Assembly: GCA_051362555.1 (NCBI GenBank)
Contig: CM120640.1
Location: 496,001-560,000 of the forward strand
Reading direction: 5' to 3'
DNA from: Lingula anatina
Lineage: Eukaryota > Animalia > Brachiopoda
Length of the DNA stretch: 64,000 nt
Numbering within the stretch: the stretch's first letter is position 1; the number at the start of each line of letters is the position of its first letter. The position numbers and the translations under genes are program-made. Under the pieces are notes generated by a model, which did no database searches, was not told the DNA's origin, and was given only the letters and a program-made list of their open reading frames with translations. This document shows, one piece after another, positions 11,201 through 24,453 of this stretch.

Positions 11201-14200
11201 ATTGAACAACGCAAAAACAGAGGAGAATTGAAAGCCGCCCGGCACCATCGTCTTCAGTGCAGTTACGACTCCCCAAGACATCATTTGAGCTCTGAAAATT
11301 TGCTCTCTGCCACCAAGATATCGACAAGTGCCAAGCGTTGGTATGTACACATACATGTATAGTTCATCATTGAAAAAGATGTATGTTTTAAAGAAAACTG
11401 GTTTTAAAACGAATATTAAAAGTAATCAATACACCTGTATGAATACAATAAAAGGTGATTAAAACTTATGAAAATACATTAGGAAAGACAGTACAATTAT
11501 AAGTCACACCGTATATGGCCGGGTATCCCGTGTTTATTGTCATCTTTAGCAAAGTAGCAAAAAATTTAGAAATCAACCGTTATAATTTATCTGGCCAGAT
11601 ATCGGTCCTTACTGTTGTCCCCTGGCATCATTTTAGTATAATATTTATAGACATTAACCACAAAGTCTGTAATGCGACTTCATGGACAAGAGGTTTAATG
11701 GTTTATAGCGTCTCAGCCAAAAACGTTAAGCAGCTGCAATTGTGACAGAAAATTGACCAAGGTTTGCACAATCCGTTTAAAATTTATTTTCACGCTTTCT
11801 TTTCGGTTTTATGGTCACTTGTTTATTGGCTGACAAAAACAAAGCAACAAGTCATATCCTGCAATCATTCTGGATTATTCTCGTTTAAAGCTTTCTCTTA
11901 AAGCTTAAAAGCACGTCATTTGTCGTGTTTCAATTGTTTTATTTGATAGATTTAAGCCACCTCCCATCACGTTTTGTTCTAGTGATTATGTGACTTTCTC
12001 GAAATCATAAGAAATATGTAGGTGAAAAAATTTGTTTAGTAATTCAAGCAATTATTTGAGCTGTTAGTGGATCGTTTCTGTTTCACAGCTATTTAAACGT
12101 GACAATAACATATTATCTTTGTTTATCTGACGTCTTTGAATCCCCTGATTCTCATGTGTTGCGGTAAAAGTGTGAAACATGCCGATAGTTGTGCGGTGTA
12201 GTTAAAAAGGAAACGTGACTTTTTGGGACGCCTAAAAACGAATGCAAGGATAATTTTTAGTCATTTTCAATATTTTATCCGTTGTTTTAATACTTCAGTG
12301 TTCAACAAGAGAATTATTTCTTGAAATTATACACGTGTATTGGTTACTTAAAGACCTTGAGCGTGCAGAGCGTGACTGCAGGGGCAGAAAAACACGGCAG
12401 ACGGGATGTATAGGGACAACATGAATCAGACATTAGGCTAAACCGTTTACCTGTCACTAAACCGGGATTTGTCCTTAAAATTATCATTCTAAAATATAAA
12501 TGAAATAGTAACAACAGCCCATAAGGAAGTAGAGAGCTGTGGACGAGAAAGCTTCTGTTTCAGGGCCAAGCCGATTCCCATGAGTTTGTTCAATTTATGT
12601 TAATAAACATCTACTCTTTTCCCAACTTAAATAAAGGGAAAATTAATGAAAAGAAAAAAACAATGAGCTGTTGTATGCAGACATTTATGTAATTTACTTT
12701 GATCATGGATATGAATAATTCCGTGACAGTATATACCAGATCTGTCAGTTGAGGACATGTCCAGTTCCTCGCACAATGCTGCCGTATGACACCCATTCTG
12801 GTGGCCTTCCTCGGTAGCCGACCTTTGATAGCGTACATGTAAGATCAACAAATTGATCGCTCCTTGAAAACTGATCATTTCTCGCTGTGCAGTTTGTATA
12901 GACTTATAAGCCATCACTAGCCGCCTCCGCCGTTCTCTTTCCTAGTGACGCAATGAGTAGGTTTGTCACGTGTGACGTGCGCGTGTCACTCACCCCAGGG
13001 GGCAGGGTTGTCTTATCAAGGCGAGATCAAACAGCTTACTCACTATAGGAAGATAGAAACAAAACGAAATAGATAATATCGTCTTAACGACGGCGATTAG
13101 GATGGTTAAATGCGAAAAATGGAGAATGATCATGACATGGATTGATTCTTTCTCAGCTCAGATTGGTGGTAATGGGCCCATTGCGACTGCTATTCTACAT
13201 TCTGATATTATATGATAAATGATACAAGCACCCAGTGCCCGTTATCTATTTGTATATTGCCGCGTGTGCGGCCTGTCTTTGAAAACTGTAGGGAATGCCT
13301 AAATGACGCTGTTATCTCAAAAACAGAGCAGTTCTTGCGGGAGATTGTTAGAGCGACGGAAAACATTCTTTAAACCCTTATCTGGTTCTCGGTCCTCCTT
13401 AATGTTCTAAACGATGTCGTTGTAAACGTTCTTGCTCTGTGTTGACCTGCAGTAATGGGTAACACAGTGGATTTCGTATCTACCAACGTCCCTCTTAATC
13501 CGTTTCTAATGACTATAGAAGCACGTTAACTTCATTCATCATACAGCCTTCTTTAAGATATCTCCTCAGAAAAATTCTCTTGTGTATATCGTTTTAATGT
13601 CAGCGAGCAAATTCTTAATCCAACGTAACAAAGACAAATGTGCTATCGTATCGCAGTGAAACATACTCGCGGAAATAATTCCAATAGGATTTAAACAGCA
13701 TGCTCGGATTTCAAACGAACCATCGATGGAATTATATTTGTTCCATATTTTGTACTTTGTTATTTATGATATCACAGATAGTTTCTTAAATTCTTTGTCA
13801 AACTTTTAACATTTTGTATGTAGTTTTTGTTCAGACCCATTGGTCATTTGCAGTTTTGGCAGTAGTTTGTATGCATGGTTTGAATTATATTTATATTAAT
13901 AGTACGTGTCTTGATCGAGCATCGGCCATTTTTGGGAATGATGTGGCATTTCAGAATAATCAGTATACTTCTTTGATGGCCAGGCTTTTGTCTCTGTCGA
14001 TAGCTAATAATACATACGTATGTAAGGTGTTGTCTGAATGTTTTTATTTCCGTTCTGAATTAAATTTGCACAGGACGAAATTAAAAAAAAAAACTATCAT
14101 GTAATCCAAAAGAGGCTGAGCGTATTTACAAGCCTTAGTAAGCCCTAAAACCTCCGTTTGTAGTTTGTTAGAATACTACTGTAACTCTTAGTAATAACAT

Positions 14201-17200
14201 CAATCTTTTGTACTTTTGATGTGCTCTATATGCTGGTCAATACATCTTCATAACGTTTTATCTTCTCACGTTAATATCTACACCAATTTCGAACGATGCT
14301 CACGGCATGGGATGAATGTGAAGGTTCTTTTTCTTTTTCAACAGAAAGTATTTACTTGCTGGTTTTTCCCTTCCAACTGGTCGATCACAGTGTTGTTTGT
14401 GAAGAAAAATTCTATTTTCTTTTCAAGTAATTATTTGATTAATAAAGGTGGCAACTGCACAAGCTCTGGATAGCTGACTACAACTTGCCTGACTGACTCT
14501 TAAGTTATTTTTATCTTTACAAAACGGGGGCAAAAAAAGAGGATAGAACTCGAGTTACCATTGCCTTTTTCTGTGCAGAAAAGGGAAGCATCTATAGGAA
14601 ACTATTCATTAATAAAGCCAATCACCTTCTTATAATCCCACCCGCGTTTTTGGGCAAATGAGTAGATTTTTCCTCTGTGGTCCCGACTGTGCTATTAAAG
14701 TGATGACAGGGACGCCGTGAGATACTAAAACGTTTACTTCTTACCATGTCTATGTATTGACGTACAAAATGTCAGGAAATATTCCATACCATAGCGTGCT
14801 CACGGAGCCCGTGGCGTTTGCTTGAAGATTAATTTAGTTCGCACAGATTTGTTTCCCAATCAGAACGCTGGCGTAGTAATATAGTTGGACACCTCTACAG
14901 AATATTCCTACGGCTCTTTGTGGAACGCGTGGCAATTAGGATAATGAGGCGACGAGAAGGAACCTGAAAAAGTTATTGATAAGTAGCTTATCAGAAGTGA
15001 ACAAAAGATTTCCCTTTTCTAATGGCAATGTGCCCTTGCATAAATGTCTGCTTCTAATTAGAGTTATTTGGATTCTCTTCTGAACATCTCCCTATTCTAG
15101 CTAACTAAATACAGAAGAAGTCCTGCAAGAAGTTCTACGTGCTAAATAACTGATTTTCTTCAATTACAAATACTTTGATAAAAAACAACTTCTTGCAATT
15201 TTGTCTTAGTGCTTTATTGTACAGAGCATGTAGGCTTCAGATTTCAAATAAACTTTATCAAATAAGTTAAGACAATATCCCCCCAGAGTCTATTTGTTAT
15301 GTTCCATTGACCAAAGTGTGTGATCAAATCTAATGAGAAGATGTTTTGAGAGGAGCACGAAGCCAAATTGGATAATGTTATATTCAATACAAATCCAGAT
15401 CCTTGTCTAATAGAATTATTGCAAGCAATGATTATCATTACCCCCAGGAAAGTAAATCCATCTAATTAATAACACAGGCTTTGTATCAGGAAACCCCCAT
15501 TTCTGATTAAACATAAACGCTAATATAAAGAATAATAGCCTAGAAAATTAGTTGAAAAAGAATCTATTTGCCTCATTTGAGAACATCTGTACGATGGTAG
15601 TTTTTGTAACTTTGTTAAATTCACACGTATCACCCTGTCCAATGGCCGTGACTGGCTCGCGTCTGGCGTCAGGGTGAATAGAACAGTGCAAGACATGTAC
15701 TGTAGGCTAATTCTACTTGAGATTAAACTGATTTGTTGATTCTGATCAACTTCAAGCCAATAATTGCATTACCGAATGTCGTGAACTTTACATGAAGCAT
15801 ATAATTTATTTTCTTTTCGTTGGGTGAATGCCTTACATATTTGGCGTGGAAATTTGATGTTGGAGTAAAGTTTTATGGTTCATATTGTAGACGTTCATAA
15901 TCCTATCACGTACGCGAAATGCGCCTTCCTTGTAGACTTTCATGCTGCAAGAAAAAAATTTAAGACCCACCGTGTAGACATGGCATTAAATTATCTCAGA
16001 TAATGCTATTGATCACGACGGCAAAGACATGGTGTATTTTGCTTAAATCTTGTTTTTCTCCAAAGAGTCGCCACAATTAGATCAGCACATATATACATCA
16101 GATCATTTTCGCTGGGAATTCTGAAAATACATTCGGCGGAGAAGAAAAGTAATAGCAATGAGAAGGCTCTGGTCAACTTTGATTAAGAATACGTTTCCCC
16201 TTTTTGCTATAAACCTTCATTCCCGTGTAAAGTGTATATTTGCAAACATTCTCTAATATGATATTTTCAACCGTATGTTTACCAGATTCGTACGTTAATT
16301 ATACATATATAGGCAAATGATGAAAGGTAAAAACTGCTTCTTTTGAGCAGTGATGAAGAAAGCTCTGTTCTTAAAGCCTAAAAGAGTCCTACAATGTCGA
16401 GTCATACTTCAGGGGTTCTTCAGACAATTTCTACCGATACGTTTCACCTGCAAGATTTTGAAAGCAGTGAATGTATTTTATTTGTGTATAATGTGAATAA
16501 TGGGTTTGCGACTTTTTTAGATGAATAATGAGTTTGTTAGATGATTAATGAGTTTGTGACTTTTTTACGCCGAGTTTGTGTCGGCAGCAGTGGTTTTGGA
16601 GGTTAAGATTTGATTGATTAAGGTATCTTGTTACAGTAGAAGAATTAGGAAAACACAGATAGGTATAAAACATACATTATTGTGGACATAATGATAAGTG
16701 TTGAAACAGTTGAAAACCAATAATAAAACTGCCACAACATAGCGCCTTTGATCTGCTTTGTTATGTTCGCGAAAACAATCAATTCAGTGCTCTTAGTACA
16801 TATCCACTATATATGATTTTAGTAAACACGCCTCTCAACTCAATCTGCAGGTAAAGAGGTATTGAAAGAAGCACAATTGCTTACGCTCTGAATATATATT
16901 TTACGAGGCATAAAACAGAATCAAAACGTGAAAAGCAGCGCTCCTAATACCGTGTATTGATTCTGTATTTTTGCTACATGTATTTCGTGTTGACAAGTAA
17001 GGTAAATTGTTTTGTTATTGCATTTTAAACAAACCAACTCAAGGTTAGCCACAACCAGGCGCTTATGTAAGTTTTACCGTTTCAATCTTTTTGTGTGAAA
17101 TAACAAATAACCCATCCTACCATGTGGACAAATGCAATGTTGTAATAGTTGTTAAGGTCGGTTACAAGGCTGTTTCAAATGGCAGTCAGGATATTTTTTA

Positions 17201-17943
17201 TCTGGAAGCAGGTATACACATATTTGTTTGTGTTTAGGAAAACGTAGACCTGTTTATATAAAGCAAACATGAACATATACAGTAGCAATAATTCAAAGAT
17301 CAATTAAGTTATTTATTATTAGAATACGTCAATTAATTGTGTAAGATAATCAGGAAATTTATTATCGATATAAACTTACTAAAAATACGTCACTACTCTA
17401 AACGCACCGCTTGCAACCGGTTAGAATGTCAGTTTGATAGCATAATAAATTGTTTTTTACTGCTAACGAAACACAATAATTTCAAATAAATCTTCTTCTT
17501 GGACTTCTAGATTTAAAATTTTCAAATAAGCTTTTGGAATTGACATACAATTAATTAGAAAAGCATGCAACTAAAATGAGATATATTAACGATGTACAGC
17601 ATTATAAAAGTATATAATGTCTCCATCCATATCCATACACAAGCCCATACATGTTTTATAAATAAAAGAAGTGGTTTGAAATCTCATATAGATATACTCT
17701 ACCCGCGTCAATATTCTGATCTGACGAAATGATTTGTAATAATAATAGCTCAGCCACTTGTAGTGACTTCATGCGCGTCTCTCCAGATAGCAGGAAAAAA
17801 ATGAAGACTTGCTAATATAAACCCTTCGCGTCAAAGAAACGCTGCGTTTTTGAGTAATTGCTGGCGTTCTCCCCGCAGAGGAGTAAACAGTAGCACGGTG
17901 CTCTGGGGAATAGGAGAGCAGCTTTATAATAAGAGGGCAGCTG

Positions 17944-18075
17944 TATATAAGCTACGAAAAAATCCACAAGCTACATTTAGGGCCCGAAGAGCACAAAGAC
18001 ACCATATTTAGGTAGAACAGGAACCACTTTGGTTGAGGCTAGGGAGAGCACAGGGATCTGACACGGTGTCTTCTG
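17944..18075 (+). promoter_or_regulatory. Probable TATA box and non-coding first exon of the FWRIamide precursor gene
   Basis: TATATAA at 17944-17950, CRE-like half sites upstream (CGTCA near 17706 and 17829, TGACTTCA near 17764), donor ctg|GTAGGT at 18075/18076, matching acceptor ttacttcag| at 20202. Confidence 0.5.
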
Positions 18076-20224
18076 GTAGGTAGACAAGACACAGTCAACA
18101 ATTCTTTTTAAAATTTAGAGACATTATTTTCCATTCTCGTACTTTTAGAATTCTTTTCTCTTTCGAAACAAATTAAATATCAGTCGGATTTTTTATAAGT
18201 TTTAGACCTTATCCCGCATTCGTTACACAGAAACAATCAGATAGTTACGTGATTGAGAATAATGTTGCCAGATTGCTTTCCCCGCTCTGCAGCACCGCTG
18301 AAGGAGGGGTCGCTTCGTTTACTGGGGGCGCAAATGAGGTTCCAATGATTGAACAAAAGCCTCGTTAAGTTTAGATTTGTCGATGGGTTTTGTGCCAACA
18401 GGTGCATTTTGAACATTACTGCATGCTTTGGTATTGGAAATGTTGCTTTTTATAGCGATTTTCAATATCTAATTAAGATATCTTAATCATTTCAACCTTG
18501 GACATACATTCATCTAGAATCCGCAGTTATGGATTGTTAAGTTTATATTTTTCAATTTACATCTAAATTTTAAAAGCTGGTCATGTCTCTGGTTGTAAGA
18601 AACTATTCAGAACTTGACCATTTAAGGACATTTCCAGGAAGAAAATATGATTGTAATTACACCGTTGGCTCAAGTTGTGCTTGCCGTTCACCCCCGGGGC
18701 TACATGACAGCTAGGTGTAATCATAATATCTACTTTTTATAGTTTGTCTTAAAGCGATTTTAGTTCAAACGATGCTGGATGCAGTACATTGTAGGCAGGG
18801 GATTGGGAATCCTTTCATACCTTTCTTCAGAAACCCAATCAACTCTATGTTTCGTTACTGTGTTTTTAGGGATACAATTCGTTTTAAACAGGGGGCATTG
18901 GTTATTAATGATAATGAGATTATTTTAGGGCTATTTGTTTCTCAATTAAGTCTAAACTGTTGTTTAGTACCTGACTGATAATCTGACACGCCAGCCCGAA
19001 TTGTAGTTAGTGGCATTCGTTATAATTGAAGAAGGCAACGATAGCGTGACGGATGATTAAACCGAGAAAAGATTCCGGTAAGCTTTATGTGGCATTTAAC
19101 ACGCCACGTATGAAATGTTAAGATAGGAGGATTATCTGTAATCCAAAAGAACTACACCGAAATACGTGTCTCAAAATCACAGCAGATAGCGAAAACTTTC
19201 GGTTAAGAATGTAGAAACCTGAAAATGGATCCAATAAACGCCAATGATTAAAAATTCAAAGTACATTTATACATACATATTTCATAGGTAATAGTTAGCG
19301 CTCGTTACGGTGAATTGTGAAAAAGTGTGTGTAAAACCCAATTAGAACATCCGAAATTTCAATTACACTTTAAATGCCGTGTAAAGGTCGAAATGACCAT
19401 ATGAAGTTCTTTTTCTCATGTTTTTATGCGCGACACGTAATTGATAGAAAACTGTTACTTTAATTCATTCATATCTTAATCATTTCAGTTATTTAATCCC
19501 ACAGATATATGTATAAACCGCCACACCCAATGTGAAAACGTGGCGCCATTCTAGTTCTTTCAGAAACGCAAGCGCATTAAAAACATATTATGTAAACGCA
19601 GTCAAATTATCGTCAGTTACAAGTGCCAAAAAGTTCATTGGCCGTCAGATAATTGCATCTGTGACGTGTGCTCAGGTTTGTGCCCACGAGCACGTAATGG
19701 ACAAGCTTTTCTGTTGTTTTATTGGAATTTTAGATTAGCGGAGTTCTTAAATCGTTTCAACGCTTCCTTGTTTCTTTATGTGTAATATAATGCCCATGCC
19801 TACAGGTATAGTGGTGCGGTTCGCTACGGCCATCATTAATTATACAAGTAGGTGTTCTGGTTTGCGTGACTTGTATAAAAGCTGAGAGATGTTCAGTATG
19901 TTTCACTGAGAAATAAATCAGTGGAACCCAAGTAGCTTGTTTTTACCAGGCCAGGGATCGAGGTGACTTGGGAAGGGGTGTTGTTCAAGAAGCCGACAGA
20001 GGCTCTGTAGATTATCAAACGGTGAATTACTTTTTATTGTATGAACACTAGCTTCCAGATTGAATCGGGCGATCATCACTGACACTTATTAACCTCGACA
20101 AGTTGGTTCGACGTTAGTGGCTATCTTTTTGCCTTATTACCCATGATCTCACAAGGGGGAATTGTAGTGATTAATGTGTTTTTTCATTGACTATTACTTC
20201 AGGAACACGCGTGCCAAGCTGAAC

Positions 20225-21304
20225 ATGCCGGCTCAACGAGAGGTGCTCTTTTCGATCATCTTCTTCGTACTGCTGTTTGCTCAACAACTGACTTTAGCCG
20301 CCGACACAGATACTAACGAAGAATGTTCTAAGAAATGTTCTGATGACTTTGATAGAATTGAGTGTTTGAAGATTTGTGTTTCTAACTCAAATTCAACTGA
20401 GAACGACGATGACGACGAAAAAAGAAGCGCGTTTTGGAGGATAGGGCGTGGAGACGATAAGAAAAGTGCATTTTGGAGAATTGGTCGAGGTGGCGAGGAC
20501 ATGACCGATAGTGACAATGAAAGAAAAAAGGCTTTCTGGAGAATAGGAAGAGACCCAAATAAGAAAAGTGCCTTTTGGAGAATTGGTCGATCGGACAATG
20601 ATAATGACGAATCCAAGAAAAGCGCTTTCTGGAGAATCGGTCGAGCGGACCAAGAGGACGCCCCGCAGAAGAAGAGCGCCTTCTGGAGAATAGGCAGATC
20701 TGATCCGTTCGACAAGAGGGGCGCATTTTGGAGAATCGGCAAGAAAAGTGCGTTTTGGAGAATTGGGAAAAAAGAGGACTATGGAAGTGAACACGACGAC
20801 GACGATAAAAGAAGTGCCTTTTGGAGAATTGGAAAACGAAATGACGACAAAGACATGAAAAAGAGTGCGTTTTGGAGAATCGGACGCAGCGAGGCTAACT
20901 CTCACACTGACGATGAAGATAAGAAAAGCGCTTTCTGGCGAATAGGTAAGAAAAACGGCCACCATATACAGAAACGTGATACACCTTTTTGGCGCATCGG
21001 TCGCTCAGTAAGCCCCATTTCACCGGGTTTCTTTGATGACAGTGACGATTGGAGAGACGGCCTCGTCGTGGGTGACGACGATGATAAGCGCAGTACATTT
21101 TGGCGGATAGGAAAGAGGCCAAACACTTTTTGGCGTGTCGGCAGATCAAATGACAAACGGACTTTCTGGCGTATTGGCAAACGTGACCCATACGGTGATG
21201 AGGACCCGACCAAGCGTCTGAACACATTCTGGAGAGTTGGCAGGAGTTTCCCAGCTGACACCGATCATGACTTACAGATTCGAAGTTTCTGGAGAATTGG
21301 TTAG
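20225..21304 (+). CDS. Multi-copy neuropeptide precursor (FxRIamide-type, FWRIamide), 359 aa
   Basis: Signal peptide MPAQREVLFSIIFFVLLFAQQLTLA, C-x3-C-x8-C-x3-C motif, and 17 x-FWR[IV]-G units flanked by KR/KK/R with acidic spacers. The ORF-track start at 20174 is intronic (acceptor at 20202). AATAAA at ~21977. Confidence 0.93.
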   Translation: MPAQREVLFSIIFFVLLFAQQLTLAADTDTNEECSKKCSDDFDRIECLKICVSNSNSTENDDDDEKRSAFWRIGRGDDKKSAFWRIGRGGEDMTDSDNERKKAFWRIGRDPNKKSAFWRIGRSDNDNDESKKSAFWRIGRADQEDAPQKKSAFWRIGRSDPFDKRGAFWRIGKKSAFWRIGKKEDYGSEHDDDDKRSAFWRIGKRNDDKDMKKSAFWRIGRSEANSHTDDEDKKSAFWRIGKKNGHHIQKRDTPFWRIGRSVSPISPGFFDDSDDWRDGLVVGDDDDKRSTFWRIGKRPNTFWRVGRSNDKRTFWRIGKRDPYGDEDPTKRLNTFWRVGRSFPADTDHDLQIRSFWRIG

Positions 21305-23685
21305 AAATTGATACAAAACAAATTTTGCTTTGATATCGAATTGTTTATTACATTTTACGCAATGCCGCTTGGGTCAGATTTGGCATATAGAAAATCACTG
21401 TCATGTAACCAATTACGTTTATTATCGACTAAACCCTTTTGGTTTGCAAAGTGACCGGCGTTTGTGGACAATAGACGTATTCATTGCTTATAGAATGAAA
21501 CACGATTTCCCTCTTTCGACGATGAAAATCTTGTTATTTTCATTTTTAAGATGAAAGAAAACGAAAAGATTTTTATTAGACGAATCCATCGCACGACGCC
21601 ATTGCTAATCCTATAAAGTATTATGTCGTGATGATAAATCTCTTTGCAATTCTAGATCTTTCGCGTTTACTTCAAAATTCCTAGGGAATGAAACTGGAAA
21701 AGAATGAATTCCAGCATTGTCTTTAAGTTAGAAAACAAAAAACTTTTGTCGCAGCATTAGTTACAATTAGCACCACATGAAGCGGTGTAATATTACTGTG
21801 TAATCACTTTCTCTCTACTTCTCAATTGTATCAATACAAAAACGCCTATAGTGTAAAGGTAGTCGTTAATAATTTACGTTGAATATCGACACGACTGTGT
21901 TATATTGTAAATTATGTAGTATGGCACTTGTAAATCAAAAGACACTTTCTTGGAAGAAGAAAATTCCAAGACACCAAATAAAAACATTATTTTTGAAGAC
22001 CGTTCATTTGGTACGTTTTTCTTTGACATTTATTTTGCTATGCTGGAAAAAAGTTGGCCATTAAGCAGTCCACTGGGTGCAAAAAATCGATGTTGATTGA
22101 TAAGTATCTATAACTGACATTCATACTAACTTTTCTTTGTTAACGGTTCATAGGAAAACAAATAGGCAACAGATGAAGCAAGTGTAAATTTTGTGTATTC
22201 CACTCACGGTAAACGCTGGGTTATTCTGATCACTTAATTTGACTACCGGGGCCTCTTGCTCTCACATGTGCTCTCGGCCGTACGTGCTTTTCTATCTTTA
22301 AACATTATATTGACCCATCATTCAACGCTTAATAGTTTTGAATCAAATTTCATGAATAGAAAACGATGCCCAAAAAAGCTTGTCTTTCAATCATAATCTG
22401 GAAACCTTTTTCATTTTATGTTCACAAATGTTTTATAAAGTGCGACTATATGTTTGCACGACATGATTTCTTGCCGTCAAGGCAAGATTTCAGTTATCTC
22501 ATCATTCCCATCAATTTGAATTACATGTCATTTTTTTATTCAATTTGATCTAAAAGACAGGTATTAAGGCAATAACAATGACCTCTGATAATAGAGAGCC
22601 CTGTAAAATATGAGTAAACCGTGTGGCTTAAAACGGCGTCCCTGGGGAAGTTGGAGGGTCGAGATGTTTAACAAGCAAGATTTTTAACAGCTGAACCAAT
22701 TACAGTCTCCAAGCCACAGGATAATCTTTAACTATACATTGATTTAACCACGCAGCCGTTTATAATTAATTCCTAGAAAATTATTCTTCGACAGGTAACG
22801 TCCCGTGAAGAAGAAAGAACCATAGAAAATGTAATTACTGCCTTGCTGTTCAATTATCTATAATCCAACCTTTCCAATTGCCACCCTCGGAGGATGTGAA
22901 GGTTTATTTGAGTTCATATTTGACAAACAAAATGTGTTTTTTGATCTACACATTCATTTTAGTGTGATCCGTACGGTCTTTCTTCCTTGAGTCCAGAGTG
23001 GTGCCTTATTGACCGGAAGTTTCCTCCTGGTCATGATTGCGGGCGTGGTCAGTTTGTTCTCCAATAAATATGGACGCCAGTGGCAAATCATGCAGCGATC
23101 CTATATCACCTTACTTGTTGATCTCATTGTTCGAGGATTCAACCTTGTCCAAATAAGAGTTTTCAAATTGAGCTGACAGTTCAGTGTATTAATCGTGTAT
23201 CAGAGCGGGTTTTCCAGTCTGCCTGCTGACATGTCACCAAGAAACCGCGATACAGCAAAATAAAACAGATTTGTTGAGGAAAGCACTTGATTAATTGAAT
23301 AAATTTGCATTAAGTTCGCATGACAATAAATGACATTTTCATTAGGTTACAGAAATGTATTTTGCAGAGATTAAAATCACCCGCAAGGCGAACGACATTA
23401 GAGCAAGCTGTGACATATTTAATCTAGAATTTATGAGGCGTTTTCATAAATAACAACACGGTCATTAATTCCCCTTTCCCTTAATTCAGAATGTACATCA
23501 CGCCTTCTGTGACTGTCACGTCAACTGACATTCCATAATCAAAAACGCAGACCACAAACAGAAGATGTATTCAAATTTATTCTGCATTGTATGATGACGT
23601 AAAATCAGGAATACATGTAGTGAAAAACAAAATTTACCAATTTTGAAGGTAAATTTCAACAAAAAGGGAAATAACAATATCCATC

Positions 23686-24412
23686 CTAGGACTCAATTGA
23701 TGCCTTAATGCCCTTCATCTGACAAGTGCCGCTGTAGAAGGCAGTGAAGCCAATATCGGGTTTGTCCAGCATCCATCCGCTCTGGTTAATAGCAAACACT
23801 CCTCTAGCACGGTGCTCGGCCGTGGTGACGTCATTTCCATGCCAGACCTAGGGACAAATATACAGTGTTATATACAATACGTTATAAAACTGATCTAAGA
23901 TGACTTCATGAAAAACGAAAAACGAAGAAAAGAAAAAAGATTAACTTAACATAAAAAAAGCAATTTTTATGCCTTATTTTCTTTTATTCTTTGTTGCTCA
24001 GACTTCCGATCGAAAATGAACGCGCCCATGCACACAAATACGCACGCACACAGGCACGCGCTGCAGAATACGTACGTTAAGGTTCTGGACATCACAGGGC
24101 AGTTTAAGGATCACTTTCCAGTTTCCAGTCGGTTTGGGGTTTGGTAGCATGATGAGGCCATTGGTACCAGTGTCCCAGCTAGAGGGAATATTTACCTGCA
24201 AATCTGCAACATAAATTAACTTATCTCAGATGTTACATCATTGCCGGCTGTTCTCTACGTCACCATGTAATTGAAATATAAGTGAACCAGGCAAGTGAAC
24301 CAGGCAGCTTTACAGTTTTTTAATAAACGACACTTTTCCAGGGCGATTTATTCCCGATATTGTATATTTTATATAAATAAACCTTTATCTCTCTTATCTA
24401 CCTTGACTTCTA

Positions 24413-24453
<41 letters not shown>

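Noticed and set aside
12611-12917. Two overlapping minus-strand ORFs (75 and 96 aa)
   Set aside because: No recognisable domain or supported exon chain; could be a decayed repeat or regulatory DNA.
18285-18305. RE1/NRSE-like CAGCACC in the neuropeptide gene intron
   Set aside because: Only the left half site; no GGACAG right half.
20281-21261. Several antisense ORFs (e.g. PILQKA repeats)
   Set aside because: Shadows of the repetitive FWRIamide coding strand.
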